A stretch of 64,000 nt of DNA from Oculina patagonica (lineage: Eukaryota): assembly GCF_052425735.1 (NCBI RefSeq), contig NC_135766.1, positions 25,234,001 to 25,298,000 on the forward strand, read 5' to 3'. Under the pieces are notes generated by a model. It saw only the letters and a program-made list of their open reading frames with translations, was not told the DNA's origin and searched no databases. Below are positions 22,477 to 35,700 of this stretch, piece by piece; position 1 is the first letter of the stretch; each line of letters opens with the position of its first letter. The position numbers and the translations under genes were made by a program.

Positions 22477-23035
22477 ATGTGTCTGAGGAGACACTTTTCA
22501 TCTGTATGTTTTTGGATCTTCTTTGCATTTCTTCTCTACAAGAATCGTGTTACATGCAGAAGCACGCAGCAACTTTCAAGACCGCCTGAACAAAATGCTG
22601 AAGCAAGAAGCTTGAAGATGAAAGGTGAAACAGGACAATGGATGCTAGATCAGACAAAACGCGATCCAGAAAAAGCTATTTCATGTAACTGTAGTAATTT
22701 CTGCCCTAGTCCCAACAGCTCAGAACTTCAGGTACGTTGGTAGCATTTCGTGTTGAGATTATTTATTACTAATAAAATTTGGGCGTGAATTACAATGATT
22801 CCTGTGAAAATATTGGTCCATTATTACGAAGCGTTTCTGTATGCTTACCGTAATGATGAGACTTTTCGGGTTTTGTTTAGCGGTCTTTTGTTTACCATTT
22901 CCCTTGCAGAAACTAGTCTGGATTGAAAATAACCCTATTTTCTGCAAAGAAACTGGAAGACTGGATATCGAGATTATATATGGTCAAAATGTTAACGATA
23001 TCTGTCATCCGTACATAACAGATATCCTGCGATAA
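22477..23035 (+). pseudogene. Fifth, truncated paralog (type C) of the Cys-rich secreted family (exons 22477-22731, 22910-)
   Basis: Hydrophobic N-terminus, SCNCSNFC motif and a phase-0 intron. Exon 2 starts KLVWIENNPIFCKE (compare YENFPVLCRD), then runs into a repeat at ~22975 and stops at 23035. The FDCC core is missing. Confidence 0.7.
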
Positions 23036-23222
23036 TCGTAGGTTGCAAAGATTCGTCCGAAATCTTGTACAGTTTTTCTATGTGCAAAATGTGTTTCGTT
23101 GACAATTTGTTGAATAATAAAACAATTATCCTGCTCAATCTTGCGGAATATCGTCTGATTTTAGCCAACTCGGCCTAAGTATCAGGCGATATTCCACGCG
23201 ATTTCGCAGGATAATTGTTAAT
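22975..23222. mobile_element. Hairpin-ended dispersed repeat, copy 2
   Basis: Reverse complement of ~12385-12670. Confidence 0.65.
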
Positions 23223-23572
23223 TATAAGAAGAAGTGAAGGGCTGTCGATAGGCTGTCGAAGGGTAAAAGATACCGTTTTTATTTTATTTATTTTATTTTT
23301 TTAGCCAAGTGGGATTCTAATAATATCACTTATATCTAATCTTATGTTCGGAGACCTTGAACTGATCTAAGTCTTCTGAGGTCCAGCGCAGATTCACTAT
23401 GATTGTTACACAACGTATCTACTGGTGGTGCATGACATGTCGCTGAACAATAAAACCGAAGGCTCTGGATTTGTCATGCTGGTTACCAGAGCCTCTCGGA
23501 GCTATCCAAGATGGCGGATTGACTTTCGTAAGAAATGCCCAGGGAAGATACAGGAGTGTAGAAATTGCGAAA

Positions 23573-25898
23573 ATGAGGATTGTAGCGAGAGCTTGGGCAA
23601 AATATCAACAGCTTCTCATAACTCACCCCTGGAAAACTCAAACTATAGGAACAGGTAAGAACGATTGAGGCGAAACGACAAGAAACTTGAAAACGCAAGG
23701 CGAGCTTCTCTCGTTGCATTGCATGCGAAATTATATAAAGTGGGCCGCTCGCAGCCACAGTTTAGCTTTTTATATGCTTCAACTAAGACGGAACTTAGTG
23801 AAACGGTAAAAAGTAAAACCAGTTCAGAGGTTTTTCTTATATAAAATTTATGCTTTTGTAGTGATTTAAAAATATGCACAAAATGGTAATGCACGTACCC
23901 TATCAATGTTAAGCCCGAGAGGGGGGAGCTAGGGATTGGTCGGGCATGGAGTGGGGATTTTGACAATTTCTTAAAGAAAGCAAATTATCCACCTGTGGGA
24001 CAAAATAATTGCTCAAAATCCCCACCAAGGGGCAAGGAAAGGTGGTCAAATGTCCTTCAAACCTTGTCGCAGGGGATCACATACAACCAGGCATAACTAA
24101 TCGATGACATCAATGACATCAATGAAATCAATGAGTAATCAATGAGTAATCGATGGGTAATCAGTTGATTAGTCATTGATTATTGCCAATGATCAATGAG
24201 TAATCGATGACTAATCGATAGGCCACAAATTTTTTTGTCATCGATTAGTCATTGATTGCATTGATTACTCATCGACATAGTCTCGTGGTTGAAAACCAGA
24301 ACTTGTAAAAGTATAACACGCTATAACAATCTAACAATATCATGGTAACACGTGAAAAAAGTACAGAAAGTAAAAGTGCTTGCAGCTGTTCCGGTGCGTA
24401 ATGTAAGTGCTTATGATGGCTGTCTCCCTAAGCTGAAGCAGTTTTACTTTGCTGACAAACATCCACCGACCAAAATCTACCAGTATAACCACATAGTCGA
24501 TTCTTATCTTCGTACTTGTTAGTTTCATTTCCAGACTGGTTGGTTTTCCTGTTCAATTGTTTTGTTATTAAGTAAAGAGTTGGGTAAAGTGAAATATTGA
24601 AATATTATCTGTATTTGTGCTTAGGCCTTCACGTCTTGATATGCCGGAAGGTTATTTGACCTTTTGTGAGGGCGTAATTTCTTTAACAAGAATGTCAGTT
24701 TTAAAGCAAAAATATGACTAACATAGAGAAAGCAAGAAAGCAAGGAATGTGTCTTTTGTGTGCAGTATGATAGTTGATGAGTAATCGATGGGTCATCGAT
24801 GAGTAATCAATAACATCAATAGGTAATCAATTACATCAATGAGTAATCGCTGTCATCGATGAGTAATCGATAGGCCACAAAATTTTTGGGCTTCGATTAC
24901 TCATCGATTACTCATTGATCATCGCCAATAATCAATGACTAATCAACTGATTACCCATTGATTACTCTTTGATTACCAATTGATGTCATTGATCATCGAT
25001 TAGTTATGCCTGGATACAATCAAAACCCCTGCCCTGGGACAGGCCTCATGATCAAATTCCTGTGGTTAGCCAAACCCCTCATCCCTCGGGCTTAACACTG
25101 TTAGGTGCATAACACAAAAGTTGTACATCAACAATTTTCAACAATCAGCTACTGAGAAAGAAAACAAAGATACCAAAAGTCATTCTAACTTCTTTCTATA
25201 AGCTATAAATACGGTTAATTTAATATTACACATAGTCTACTTTAGATTCCTTCATGGCCATTGTTTGGGCTTGTCACACGTATGCTCAGGAGGGAGAGTG
25301 TTGTGTGACAAGCTTAAACAATGACTGAAAAGAAGATTAAGTCTACAGTACCTGGTACAAAAATGATGACTCTAATATTGTCTTCTGTTTCTCTTGTTTT
25401 TGAGGTGTTCTTGTTGCTGCTGGTGATGTTGTTACTCAACAGTTTGTTGAGCGGAAAGGCTTTAATCATGATTGTATCAGAACAGCTCGCATGGGGGTCG
25501 TGGGTTTAATTATCGGCCCTGTACTAAGAACATGGTACCTAACACTTGACAGAATTGTGCCCGGAGCAGCAAAGACTGCCGGCTTCAAGAAGATGCTTCT
25601 AGATCAAAGCCTCTTTGCTCCTGTTATGATTTGTTTCTTCTTTGGAGTAACAGAGACTTTAGCTGGGAAAAGGCTCAGTGACATTAAACAAATGCTCCAG
25701 GAACGCTACACAGATGCACTGATTACCAATTATAAAATATGGCCTCTCGCACAAACAATTAATTTTACATTTGTTCCAATTCAGCATCGTGTGGGATTTG
25801 TCCAGATAGTGGCGATATTTTGGAATGCATATATGTCTTGGATGACTAACAAGCCATTGGCCGAGCCTACCTTAGAGAGTGTAAACTCAATCCACTAA
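23573..25898 (+). CDS. MPV17: Mpv17/PMP22-family mitochondrial inner-membrane protein, paralog 1 (exons 23573-23654, 25405-25898)
   Basis: YQQLLITHPWKTQ...GDVVTQQFVE...KKMLLDQSLFAP...NYKIWPLAQTINFTFVPIQHRVGFVQIVAIFWNAYMSW; the phase-1 intron closes the frame. Confidence 0.92.
23890..25108. mobile_element. PIF/Harbinger-like MITE in the MPV17 intron (probable TAA TSD)
   Basis: Termini TGCAC...CTATCAATGTTAAGCCCGAG / CTCGGGCTTAACACTGTTAGGTGCA; the empty site is visible in the duplicate at ~9990. Confidence 0.7.
24088..25012. mobile_element. hAT-like non-autonomous element with long ATC(G/A)ATGA-repeat inverted arms, nested in the previous MITE
   Basis: CAGGCATAACTAATCGATGA ... TCATCGATTAGTTATGCCTG; flanks CATACAAC / GATACAAT (degenerate 8-bp TSD). 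Confidence 0.75.
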
Positions 25899-26792
25899 AA
25901 CAGGTTTAAGCTCTCTCCTCTTGTCTCTCCTCCTTCTCCTTGCCTTATTCAGCAGCTCGTAAGGAAACTAACATTTTCTGTGTAAATGGCTTGCCCGCAG
26001 TGCTACAAATGTCTTCTTTTTCAAAAACATTCATTCTGTACTGTGTAATCATGTGTTTAAATAGTAAAGAATTCAATGATTTGTGTTACTCAAGAAATAA
26101 AATTTGTATTCTTTCATAATCTTTTTTTATATTGAACTCATGATGTCACAAGAATAAATTTTGTGAAATTGTAGATCAATTTAATTAGTTGTGAAGATCT
26201 GCAAGAATGTTTTGGAAATATTCACAATAGCCAGCTTTTTATGGCATTTCTCTGCTGAGATATGGACAATATAAACTAATAAATCTATTTTACTATGTAT
26301 CTGTACTTTCCCTTTTGAACCAGTAGAAAAATAATAGAGTTTTGTTTGAAACTATACAATTCCCTGGACCTCTATAAAAATGTCCCATTCTTTCAATTAC
26401 ACTAAGTAAACTTGTCTTGTCTAATAATTTGAAATTTTGTATCTGATCTTAAAAGCAGCAATCTCAAGCTCTACATGTAATGCAGAAGGGGGTTTTGAGG
26501 CTGGAAAATATTGTTTGGAAAACCATTACATCACTCTTACTATTGCCCACAGACTTCTTGTTATCGGGTTAGTACACAGGCAAGAGTAACAGGCAAGTCA
26601 GTTAATATACGGTAGTAAACAAGACTAGACATTCCCATCAACTCCAGACATAAAGTTATAAATTATAAATATTAAATTATCTGCACAACTTTTTATTTAG
26701 AAATGCGATGTTATTATAATTACAGCTTTTGAAGACAAAGAGGAACCTGTCAAATGTCTTGAATTATATCGATTTTTGAATTATATTATTGA

Positions 26793-29700
26793 TCAGCTAG
26801 CTTTGTCTCCAGGGAGCAGTTTCCTCTGGTTCATCCATTCATTGAATGTCCCAGGCGAGCAACTTAGTATCTTTACCAGAAGAAACTAAAAAGAAAACCA
26901 AAGGAAGAAATATTAATGAATTTAATTGGTCCACTTTATAACATATTCCTCACACGATAAACCTTTCTGTGAACAAACCCCTCCTTCTGCCCCAACAGCT
27001 TGCCAGAAGGCAGTTGATAGCATATCCGCTCATTTATATAATTCCATAGCAAAAATTATTCGGAGTACATTGCTTCTTAGAGAGGTAGTTTCTCTGTATG
27101 AATTGCAGACCTATAATTCCCCGTGATAACTCTCTGCACGCGATGCAGGCCTGTGATTCTAAATTTTTCCATCATCCCCACCCATCTCCCCCACCGAAAT
27201 CCATCGCCACTAGCCCCTTGCCCTTAAAAAAGAAATCAATTTGTCGTGCTTGGGGCGTGAAGAGGGGGGTGCTGCCTGTGTAATAGCTAATAATGAAGAC
27301 TATCTTGTCCAAGAACATTACAAAACGACAACAATAATGCAGGCTTGGGGTTTACAAGACTAGTTTTCCTAACTTCGTACATCAAAAAAGTTAAGTTCCA
27401 CTTACCTTTAGCGCGTCCATCGTTGTCAGAGAACACAGTTCATAGACCGGGAGGGACTGGACGACAAGACAAAGTTTAGCCTAGAATGATGTAAGAAGGT
27501 GGATATACTTAAATCGAGTTTGAAAACGTTAACTGAAAATGTACTAGATGCCTTTGGTTTGAGTTTAATCAGAATAGGGCAAGAGAAGTAAATTCGACCC
27601 TTAGTTTATTACATTGCAACGTACAATTATTTGCGATCAAGTAACGTTTCAGAATTCTTGTTTAATGAAAGGAAGCCTAAAGTCATGTTTTGATAGCCAA
27701 AAAAAAATATAAAAATTGGAATGCAGCAAAAACCCAGTAGGACAGTAGTCTTTAAGGCAGGCGATTCAGCGAGATTCTGTATGAAGAGTAAGACGAGAAT
27801 TCCAAGCACCCCCCCCCCCCCCTCACCTCCGCCCACCCCACTCCTCCCGAAGCGCATGACCATGAATCCAGTACGGACAACCTTTTCTGCTTTTAATTTT
27901 GTAATGTACTCTGTGATGAGGCGCACCTGAACATAAGGCAGTGTTGTGATGTCATCAATAGCAAACGGGTACAACTTGTTTAACAGGTTTATAACTTCTG
28001 GCTCCTTATCCACTCCAAGATCTTGAGCCTCTTTTTCTAATTCCCCATACCTGCCGAGTAGAAATGTATACCAGAGGGATATGCGGGCATTATCAAAAAC
28101 AATTCGTTAGGACCTTGATCCAACTAAACTTGTGCAAAGTCATAATACTGCGAAAATTGAGCTTAATTTTAAGAGACTTAAATGTTTTGAATGCTATTTT
28201 CGAGTACCTTGAACTCGAATTTACTCCCTCTCGGCCTGCAGTGTAGCAACTAACTCTTTAGCTTATAATTATTCTGGTCCTCAGTGTAGCAGTTACTATT
28301 GTTTTTGGGGACTGGGAGCATTGCTCTTGTTGCTTTTTCTAATTATGTTCTCCCGAAAGGTAGCGAGCCATTCGCGTGTGACTTCACTCGACCTTCATTC
28401 ACCTTAGATATTGCTTCTCCCCTCTTAATTAAAGAAGCTGTATCACGGATCTTCAGCCAAATTTAGGCACGGGAAATGGCCATGAAATTTGGTGAAATAT
28501 AAAAACTAACCGCTTGGTTTTGTCATTTAGATTCATAGAAGGAATTTCTTTGCAAACATTAAATTTCATTGCGAGTTTTGACAGAAAGTGATGACCGAGG
28601 CAGCAGGAGAGGAGGGCCGGACCGAAGCCGCGGGCGGACCGTGTCCCCACCGCAGTAGTTATACATTAATTATTTGACAAAACTTAACAAAATAAACTTA
28701 ACTGTGACACAGTCCCTTTCAACAATGTTAGATTTTTTATCTCTAAGACTCGCTTCGTTCCTCTACAACACAGTAAATAGTGAGTGTTCTTTACAAACAA
28801 TTGCAAGTTATTTTTGTGATAGTTAATTTAGGCCATCCCAATAAAATGTTGTGTTTCCCATCGCCCCATCTCTTGTGATGGTGGGTCGGTCGGTCGGGCA
28901 AAAAATAAAAAATAAAAAATATTGAACACTTGAAGGGTTCGTGGTTCCAGAAAAGGCCAGGCTGCTTAGTAAGAAAGCCTGATTACAAAGTCAGCTCGAA
29001 AACGTGGTCTTTTTCTTTCGTTATTCCTTAACAGTCTTTAAGGTCGCGGGGGATACCTACAGCATGAATAAATTCATGAAGCGAAATTTTGCTTGACCTT
29101 CTTCTTTTAAAACGCTTATTTCTCGGCTGTTATGGGTGCGATTAAGCTCAAATTTTGCACAGACATAAAGAAATGATAAAGTATTATGTGTGTCGTCTTT
29201 TATTTGGTAGATTATACTTAACGCCGATGTTATAGCCACGTTAGTGCCAAATTGGGAAGAACGTGACTTTATGGCAGAGTTTACGGAACGAGCAGGAGAC
29301 AGCACACTGTGATCTTGTCAAAAACTAATCAGTCAATATCTGTAGAGTGTCATAACAGAAGCGGATTTTTTAATTTAGAATTTGCCAGCAAGTTATGTCG
29401 GTTTAAATGCGCAAATTTTAATTTAATGCCTTCTACCTCTTTCTTAAAGCGCTCTTTTAAAATTCCGCCTCTGTTATGACACACTACAATGTCCATAGTT
29501 TACCTATCTGCAGTGGCAAGTCCCCGGGGGGGGGGGGGTACTCCCTATAATAGCCTATACGGGGAGGCTCCGCCCGAAAGGGGTACCTTTTTCAGGCTTC
29601 AGGTATATAAAAGGGTAGGGATTTCACGAGTTTAAGTATATGAAAGGGTACGGAAATCTGTCATTTGGCTATTTAAAAGGGCCTTTAATTAAAATATTTC

Positions 29701-32700
29701 GAACAGACGCAATTTATGGCTGTATTATTTTCATTTGTTAAGCGCTACATAAAAATGACAAGAAAACGTCCTATTTTAAGTCCACGCCATGTCTCTTAGG
29801 TATATGAAAGGGGTACCTTTTTTCAGTTAAAGGTATACGAAAGGGGTACAATTTCTGTCAAAAATGGTATATAAAAGGGTAAGGGGTTAGAACTTGGGGC
29901 GGAGCCTCCCCGTATAAAACTTTTTTGAGTACCCCCCCGGGGGCAAGTCATGAAGGTTTGTATCTGCGCTGTATTCTCTGCCACAAAATTGTCGGTAAAG
30001 TCCAAACTTTGAGTTTTCCGAAGGTGTCCCGACCAAAACACGATCAGTTTCCAAAGGAGAGATGTAATTATGGTAATTGTATTCCACGCTTTTATAATGA
30101 GAACAATGCGTTTTTTTAAAGGACATGATTAGCTATGATTGTTTATGCCGAATATTATTGTGATTACTCTGAGTTGCAGAAACAAAAACAAATTGTTTAA
30201 AAATTAGCTACAATCTATATAAACGTATATCGCCAGTGTTGTTTTAAATTGGTTAAAATAACAAAGAAACAGGAATTTATTTTTTCAAAAAAATCACGCG
30301 CACGCACCCGCATATTTTTATCCAGTCATGAATATCTCGTAAAGTTGTCGATGTCACTTTGTCAGTCGTTGCACTTCGTGCATACGCTTTAAATAAATGC
30401 ATAATGATGAGCCTAAGGTGTCCCCCGCGACCTTAAATAACATAGTATCGATGTTTATTAAAGACAAAGACATCATACCAATTGTTGTAAATAAAACAAG
30501 ATCGTGTGCTTGTAAATTGAAGTACTTGCTGAAGTACCTGAAGTACCTGGATTTTTTTTTTTACTTTTCGAAAAAAATGGGTCGGTCGGGCGATGGGAAA
30601 CGAAACATTTTATTGGGATGGCCTCACTTACCAAGGAGCTGTTTTCTCGCCTTTTATGTCGTATTCTTCACTGACCTCACGACCAGCTTGTCTGACTCTT
30701 TGTAAATCTACTTTATACAAAAAGGACGGTTGAAATGCCTGGACTTTCTGAACAAAAGACTCTTTCTCCTTCCTGTGAAATGAATTCAACATAGTCGACA
30801 CGTTTAGATAATCGTGATAATCCATCAACCGGGCGGATCCAGCAGAATCAAGAAACAGGGAACCGACAACTTGAAGGGTGGGATCGTGATAATCCCCCCA
30901 CCCCCCCGGAAAATTTACAAATCTACTTTCTCTGGGAATGCATTCTGAGACTCTAGGAATGCATCTACATCAACACATCAACACTAAAGTCAATAAAAAT
31001 CGCGAGATTTCACAGCAACCGTAAACATCTAAATAAAAACTAGGATAGTAAAAAAAAAATGTTCCAGAAAAAAAAAATATGTTCTCCCCCCTTACATTAT
31101 TCATTTGCCCGAAAAGTTTGACGTTACCTTCAGCATATTTTCGATTAGACAAAAAGCATCGAAAATTACTTGAGTAAAATTTAGAACAGCATACAGTAGT
31201 TTCTCACTAACTGGCGTTGTTTGTATTTATATGAAGTATAAAATGCATGGGTGCAGGAAGTTACTAAAGTCCAATTTGTTTGTTAAACGTTAACGTGATA
31301 CCGTAAAATTCCGGTTATAAGCCCTGGGCTTATACAACTTTGTAAGGGGTTTCGGGTGGGCTTATAAGCGTTTTGGGGTTTATATCCGGGACGGCTTATA
31401 AGCGGAATGAAAAAAAAAAAAACGTTTTGAAACGAGCCACAGGAGTTTTGATCGAAATACGTTTTTAGGTTAAAAACATATAATAAAGCAACATTTAGCC
31501 CTGTTCAGTACCGTCATTCAGCAAAGGGGGGCTTATATCCGGGAGGGCTTATAACCGGATGTATTTTTTTGTTTCCAGGTAGATGGGCCTATAAGCGGGG
31601 GGGCTTATAAGCGGGGGGACTTATAACCGGAATTCTACGGTATCCCACGAGTGAGCGCAGCAAAAGAGGGAGATTTCGAGTTGAACACGTCAAGAGAAAT
31701 TTTATAACTCCAAGTAGCCATATGCATGTGTTATTTTGATTAAAAACGGTTTGTATATGATCTTAAAATTGGCTCAAAAAAGCTGTTAAAAAAACGTATA
31801 AAACTGAATTTTCGGTAACTCTTTGTTACCTTCATCAGAGTTAAATTGGTTCAGTTCATTTTTTGCATAATAAGTTTTTATACGTCGTCGGTCTCTAGGG
31901 ATTTTCCCAATGCTAAATAAACTTGCGGAAAATGTATATGTTCGTTCACGCAGTTATTTTATTAACTACATAAACAACACTAAATTAAAAGATTTTGGTG
32001 TTTTTCCGAAGAGTTCCGAAGACTAGCTAGTACCGCCAAAGCTTTCTGAGAGAGATCCAAAGACGTTTCTTGACTATAAATGTATATATATTTTTAAACA
32101 GTGTCCCGAGATGTTTAGACTACTTAATCCCTATAGAAAACAGTTTAAATAATAACGCAATGCTAAACGTACCTGTTAAACTTCTTTATTTTTTCTCTAA
32201 CTCGTTTAGAAGACTCGGCCTGAATCTTCGTAAAGCCTCCGCCGATCATCTCGGACAAGGAACTTTCAGTTTTTGGGGATGACTTCTTTATTCTGCGAAA
32301 AAAACAGGTTTGTAATTAAAAATACTGACAAGTAAGGTAGGTTGGTAAAGTCTGCGTTTGAGCCTAGTGGCCCATCAGACCGGAGTTTATCCCACTTTAT
32401 TATATGGCTACAATAGTACGCGCGCTCTGATTGGCTGCTGAGCGGGCATTATTTTCTTGTAATGACCGGGCATTATGAAAATTTTTCTCGGCTCGACGAT
32501 TTTTCGAGTTGTGAGTTAAAGCTTCTAGCGAGGGGGCAAAAAAAAAAAAAAGCCGACAAAATATAACTATCTTTTCAATAACTTAAAGAAAAATATAATC
32601 ATACCGATACTTCTTTAGTATGAGCGACGAAGATAGCCACAGAGAGCGAGTTTTACCTTCAGTGTTTTTTCCCTTGATTATACTCTTCTTTTGAATAGTG

Positions 32701-35700
32701 CTTAAAGGCCATAAAATAAATAACTTATTAACCTCGTTCGTTCGGTCATTACAGGGGAATCTCAGACCTCGAACTTGATGTATTGACCTCGCTATCGCTC
32801 GGTCAATACATCAAGGCCTCGGTCTGAGATTCCCCTGTAATGACCTCACTCTCGGTTAATAAGTAGTATTTCAGTAGCATGAAGCGACCAGGAGTATTTC
32901 TACTCCCCCTTGGATAGGATGTTAGTCCATCGAATGGTTACCCCCAGCATTATGTCGCTGCAGGTGCCCATTTTACACCTGGGTGAAGAGAGGCACTGTG
33001 AGAGTCAAGTTTCTTGCCCAAGAACACAACACAGTGACCCCAGCCAAGTCTCGAACTCGGACCGCTCCTCGATCCGGAGTCCAGCGCGCTTACCGTTAGG
33101 CCACCGCGCTCTAAGTCTTCGGTTTCAGTGTACTGACCTTGTGGCTCGTTTGGCTCGGCAGTACGTAGTGGATGTAAGAACGAGTGGTTATTGCATAGTG
33201 TGCGTTATTGCATTGTGCGCTAAGTCTTCGGTGTAGATTTAGTGGCTTGTTTGACTCGGCAGTGGAAGTATTTGGTGTAAAGATTAAGCCGGGCTCGTTT
33301 AGCTGACTACCGAACCAAACGAGCCACCAGATATATCCGTCTTCAAAAGTGGCCCTGTATTCTGTAGTTTAATTATGCTCAGCAAACGTTCTTTTTGATT
33401 GACAAATGATTATAAGCCAAAAGTTAGGTAGACACGCCATGATCACCGTTGCAAATAAAAACTAACGTTTCAAGGGTAAACCCTTCGTCGGAGCACGAAA
33501 TTGTCTTGTCGTAAGAGAGAAAGCTTACCTTCTTGGAAGTGTGCCATTAGCGGCGTTCTCTGAACATCGATTTGTTTAAACACAAAATTCATGAAAAGAA
33601 AAACAAAATTAGTTTAAGAGGAAATTTACAATATAGGAAGTGGCGAGCAAGCCTAAATAGATAACATTAGGATACGACTTAAAACACTGACATCTTCGTT
33701 ACGATAATTTAATAAAATACAAGACATTTTTTCGATGAGCTTTGTCAGAATGCAGTCGATGTTTAAAATGGGCATTTGTGTGGAAAGATCTATCCAATCT
33801 GTATCAGTTGCGTATCCCAAATGCAAATTGATGAACTGACACACTCCTCCAAATCCCGGAATAATACGGATTAATACTTCAAGGGTTAAGTTTAAGTTTA
33901 TATAAGTTTCTGTTGTGAGTTTTTGTATGTGTACTGCAAAAAGAGGCAAGAGAGATCGAGTAAACGATACTCATCTAATTAGAGTTAAATACTTTGATAC
34001 TTTATAGCTTACGGAAAAGTGTCCAATATTTGCTGTGCGACGAGCATTTTTCGTATTGTAGGTAAAATTTGAATTGTCAAGGAAAATTAGCACCATGAAC
34101 GATTATAACATTGGCCTAACATTGGGAAAACATTGATTTAATTTTGGTAAGGCCGCTCTAGTACATACTTTTCTCAGCTGCGGCAACCTGGTGCCAGAGA
34201 GGAAGCGGTTCTGTAACGTGACTAGCGGCGGCTACGTTCTGAATCTGTTGTAGAATACCATATCGTCTGGGAAAAAAAAAAAACATGTCTATCTTTATTG
34301 TGAACTGTATCTCTGTATTAAGTCTATACGCGGTTTTTTTTATTATCAAACGTCAGACCTATACAGCCAATCTAGTGGCTGGAAAGCCATATTTACATTC
34401 TAGGTATACGGTATTTGCAGGAGACAGTTTTTCCCCCCATAATGTTCCCTACCGGCAAGCTGGCACTAGTTTCCCGCCAAAAAAGCCGCGTGGGTTAAAA
34501 ACAACTCGCTGGTGGCTTGATATTCTTTGCACACGCGCCTATATAGAGTTTTTAAGTGAAAAAGGGGTTGTGAAATGAGCAAGAGGACGAGTGAGCGAGC
34601 AAGCTAGCATGGAAATACGTAGCCTCCCACGCAGTCGTTCTTAGGGGCGATCGTGTTTCACTCCTCGAGGAGTGAAACACGATCGCCCCTAAGAACGACT
34701 GCGTGTGAGCTAGGGAGTACGGGACACGCAGTAAAAGACATAATTTCCATCCAGCAAATAACTCGTGTTCCAAATTAATTCACTTTCTGGGGGGAATATT
34801 TCGTTTGGATTATTTTTTCTCACCTAAAACAGATACAACGAGTTCTAGCTTTATGTTACAAACCTCGATCTTATCCCACCGTACAACATCTTGACTGAGT
34901 GCAGAAAGCTTGCTCTGGTTGTACCGCCCCTGGCGCCCGGTTCTCCTGCTTGGCCGCCCCTCGCCCAAGGAGCCTGGGATTGAGGCGGTGGCTTGTCTCC
35001 AGCCTCCAGCAGATCTTCCCACGTTTCAATTTTGTCAGATGTGTCTTTTGGTCTAACATGACAAATGAAATGGTTAAGATCAGACACTACACAAGACATA
35101 ATACAAGTTGTTTTAAACATTCCTTTTTGCAACGACTTCAAGATCGGCTTCCCCGGGAACTTGTCAATTTAAATAAGTCTGGTTCCACTCAAGGGTTATG
35201 GAAACTCTCAAGAAATGCAAAAGAACAAATGATAACCACAGTCAACTATGCGAAGTTTTATTGTCTAGGTTTAAATCCAGGGTCACTGTATATAGGTAAC
35301 CAACTCTGTCATTCCTGTGTTCACCAGGGCCGAGTTGTTCAAAGGACGATTACACTAATCCAGGATTAGCACGAATCAGTTGATTTCAGCTTTTCAACTT
35401 TTCAGTGAGAGTTTTTGTTTATATTATCCGCCATTTAGTTTTGCCGTCTAATTATCCCAAAATCCACAAAACGTAAGCATCAAAAACACTTTTATATAAG
35501 AGAAAAGGAACCCTCGATTTACTTTTAATCCTGGGTAAGTGTTAATCGGCTTTCGAACAACCCGGCCCAGGGTACTAAGGTCTTCTTGAAATATGACGAT
35601 GCATGATGTAGCACCAGAAAGGGAAATATCTTGCGCACTTGGCACTTAAAGATTTTTTTCCATTGACTTTTTTACTTGATCCTCGATCGTGGATCCTTGA

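Larger units (their letters stand above)
28831..30623. mobile_element. Outer MITE of a nested stack (PIF/Harbinger-like GGCC termini)
   Basis: GGCCATCCCAATAAAATGTT...TTTCCCATCGCCC / GGGCGATGGGAAAC...AACATTTTATTGGGATGGCC. Confidence 0.8.

Noticed and set aside
26932-27108. Candidate extra exon with in-frame stops (pseudogene or selenoprotein idea) in the 607-aa gene
   Set aside because: All three frames are closed, and the flanking exons 27480-27406 and 26885-26793 join in frame without it.
33020-33110. Second tRNA gene
   Set aside because: A/B boxes are present but there is no closed acceptor stem or T-run, and it continues into a SINE body.
35140-35645. Candidate extra exons between 36236 and 35052
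   Set aside because: They introduce stops; the direct phase-2 join KLR|PKD is clean.
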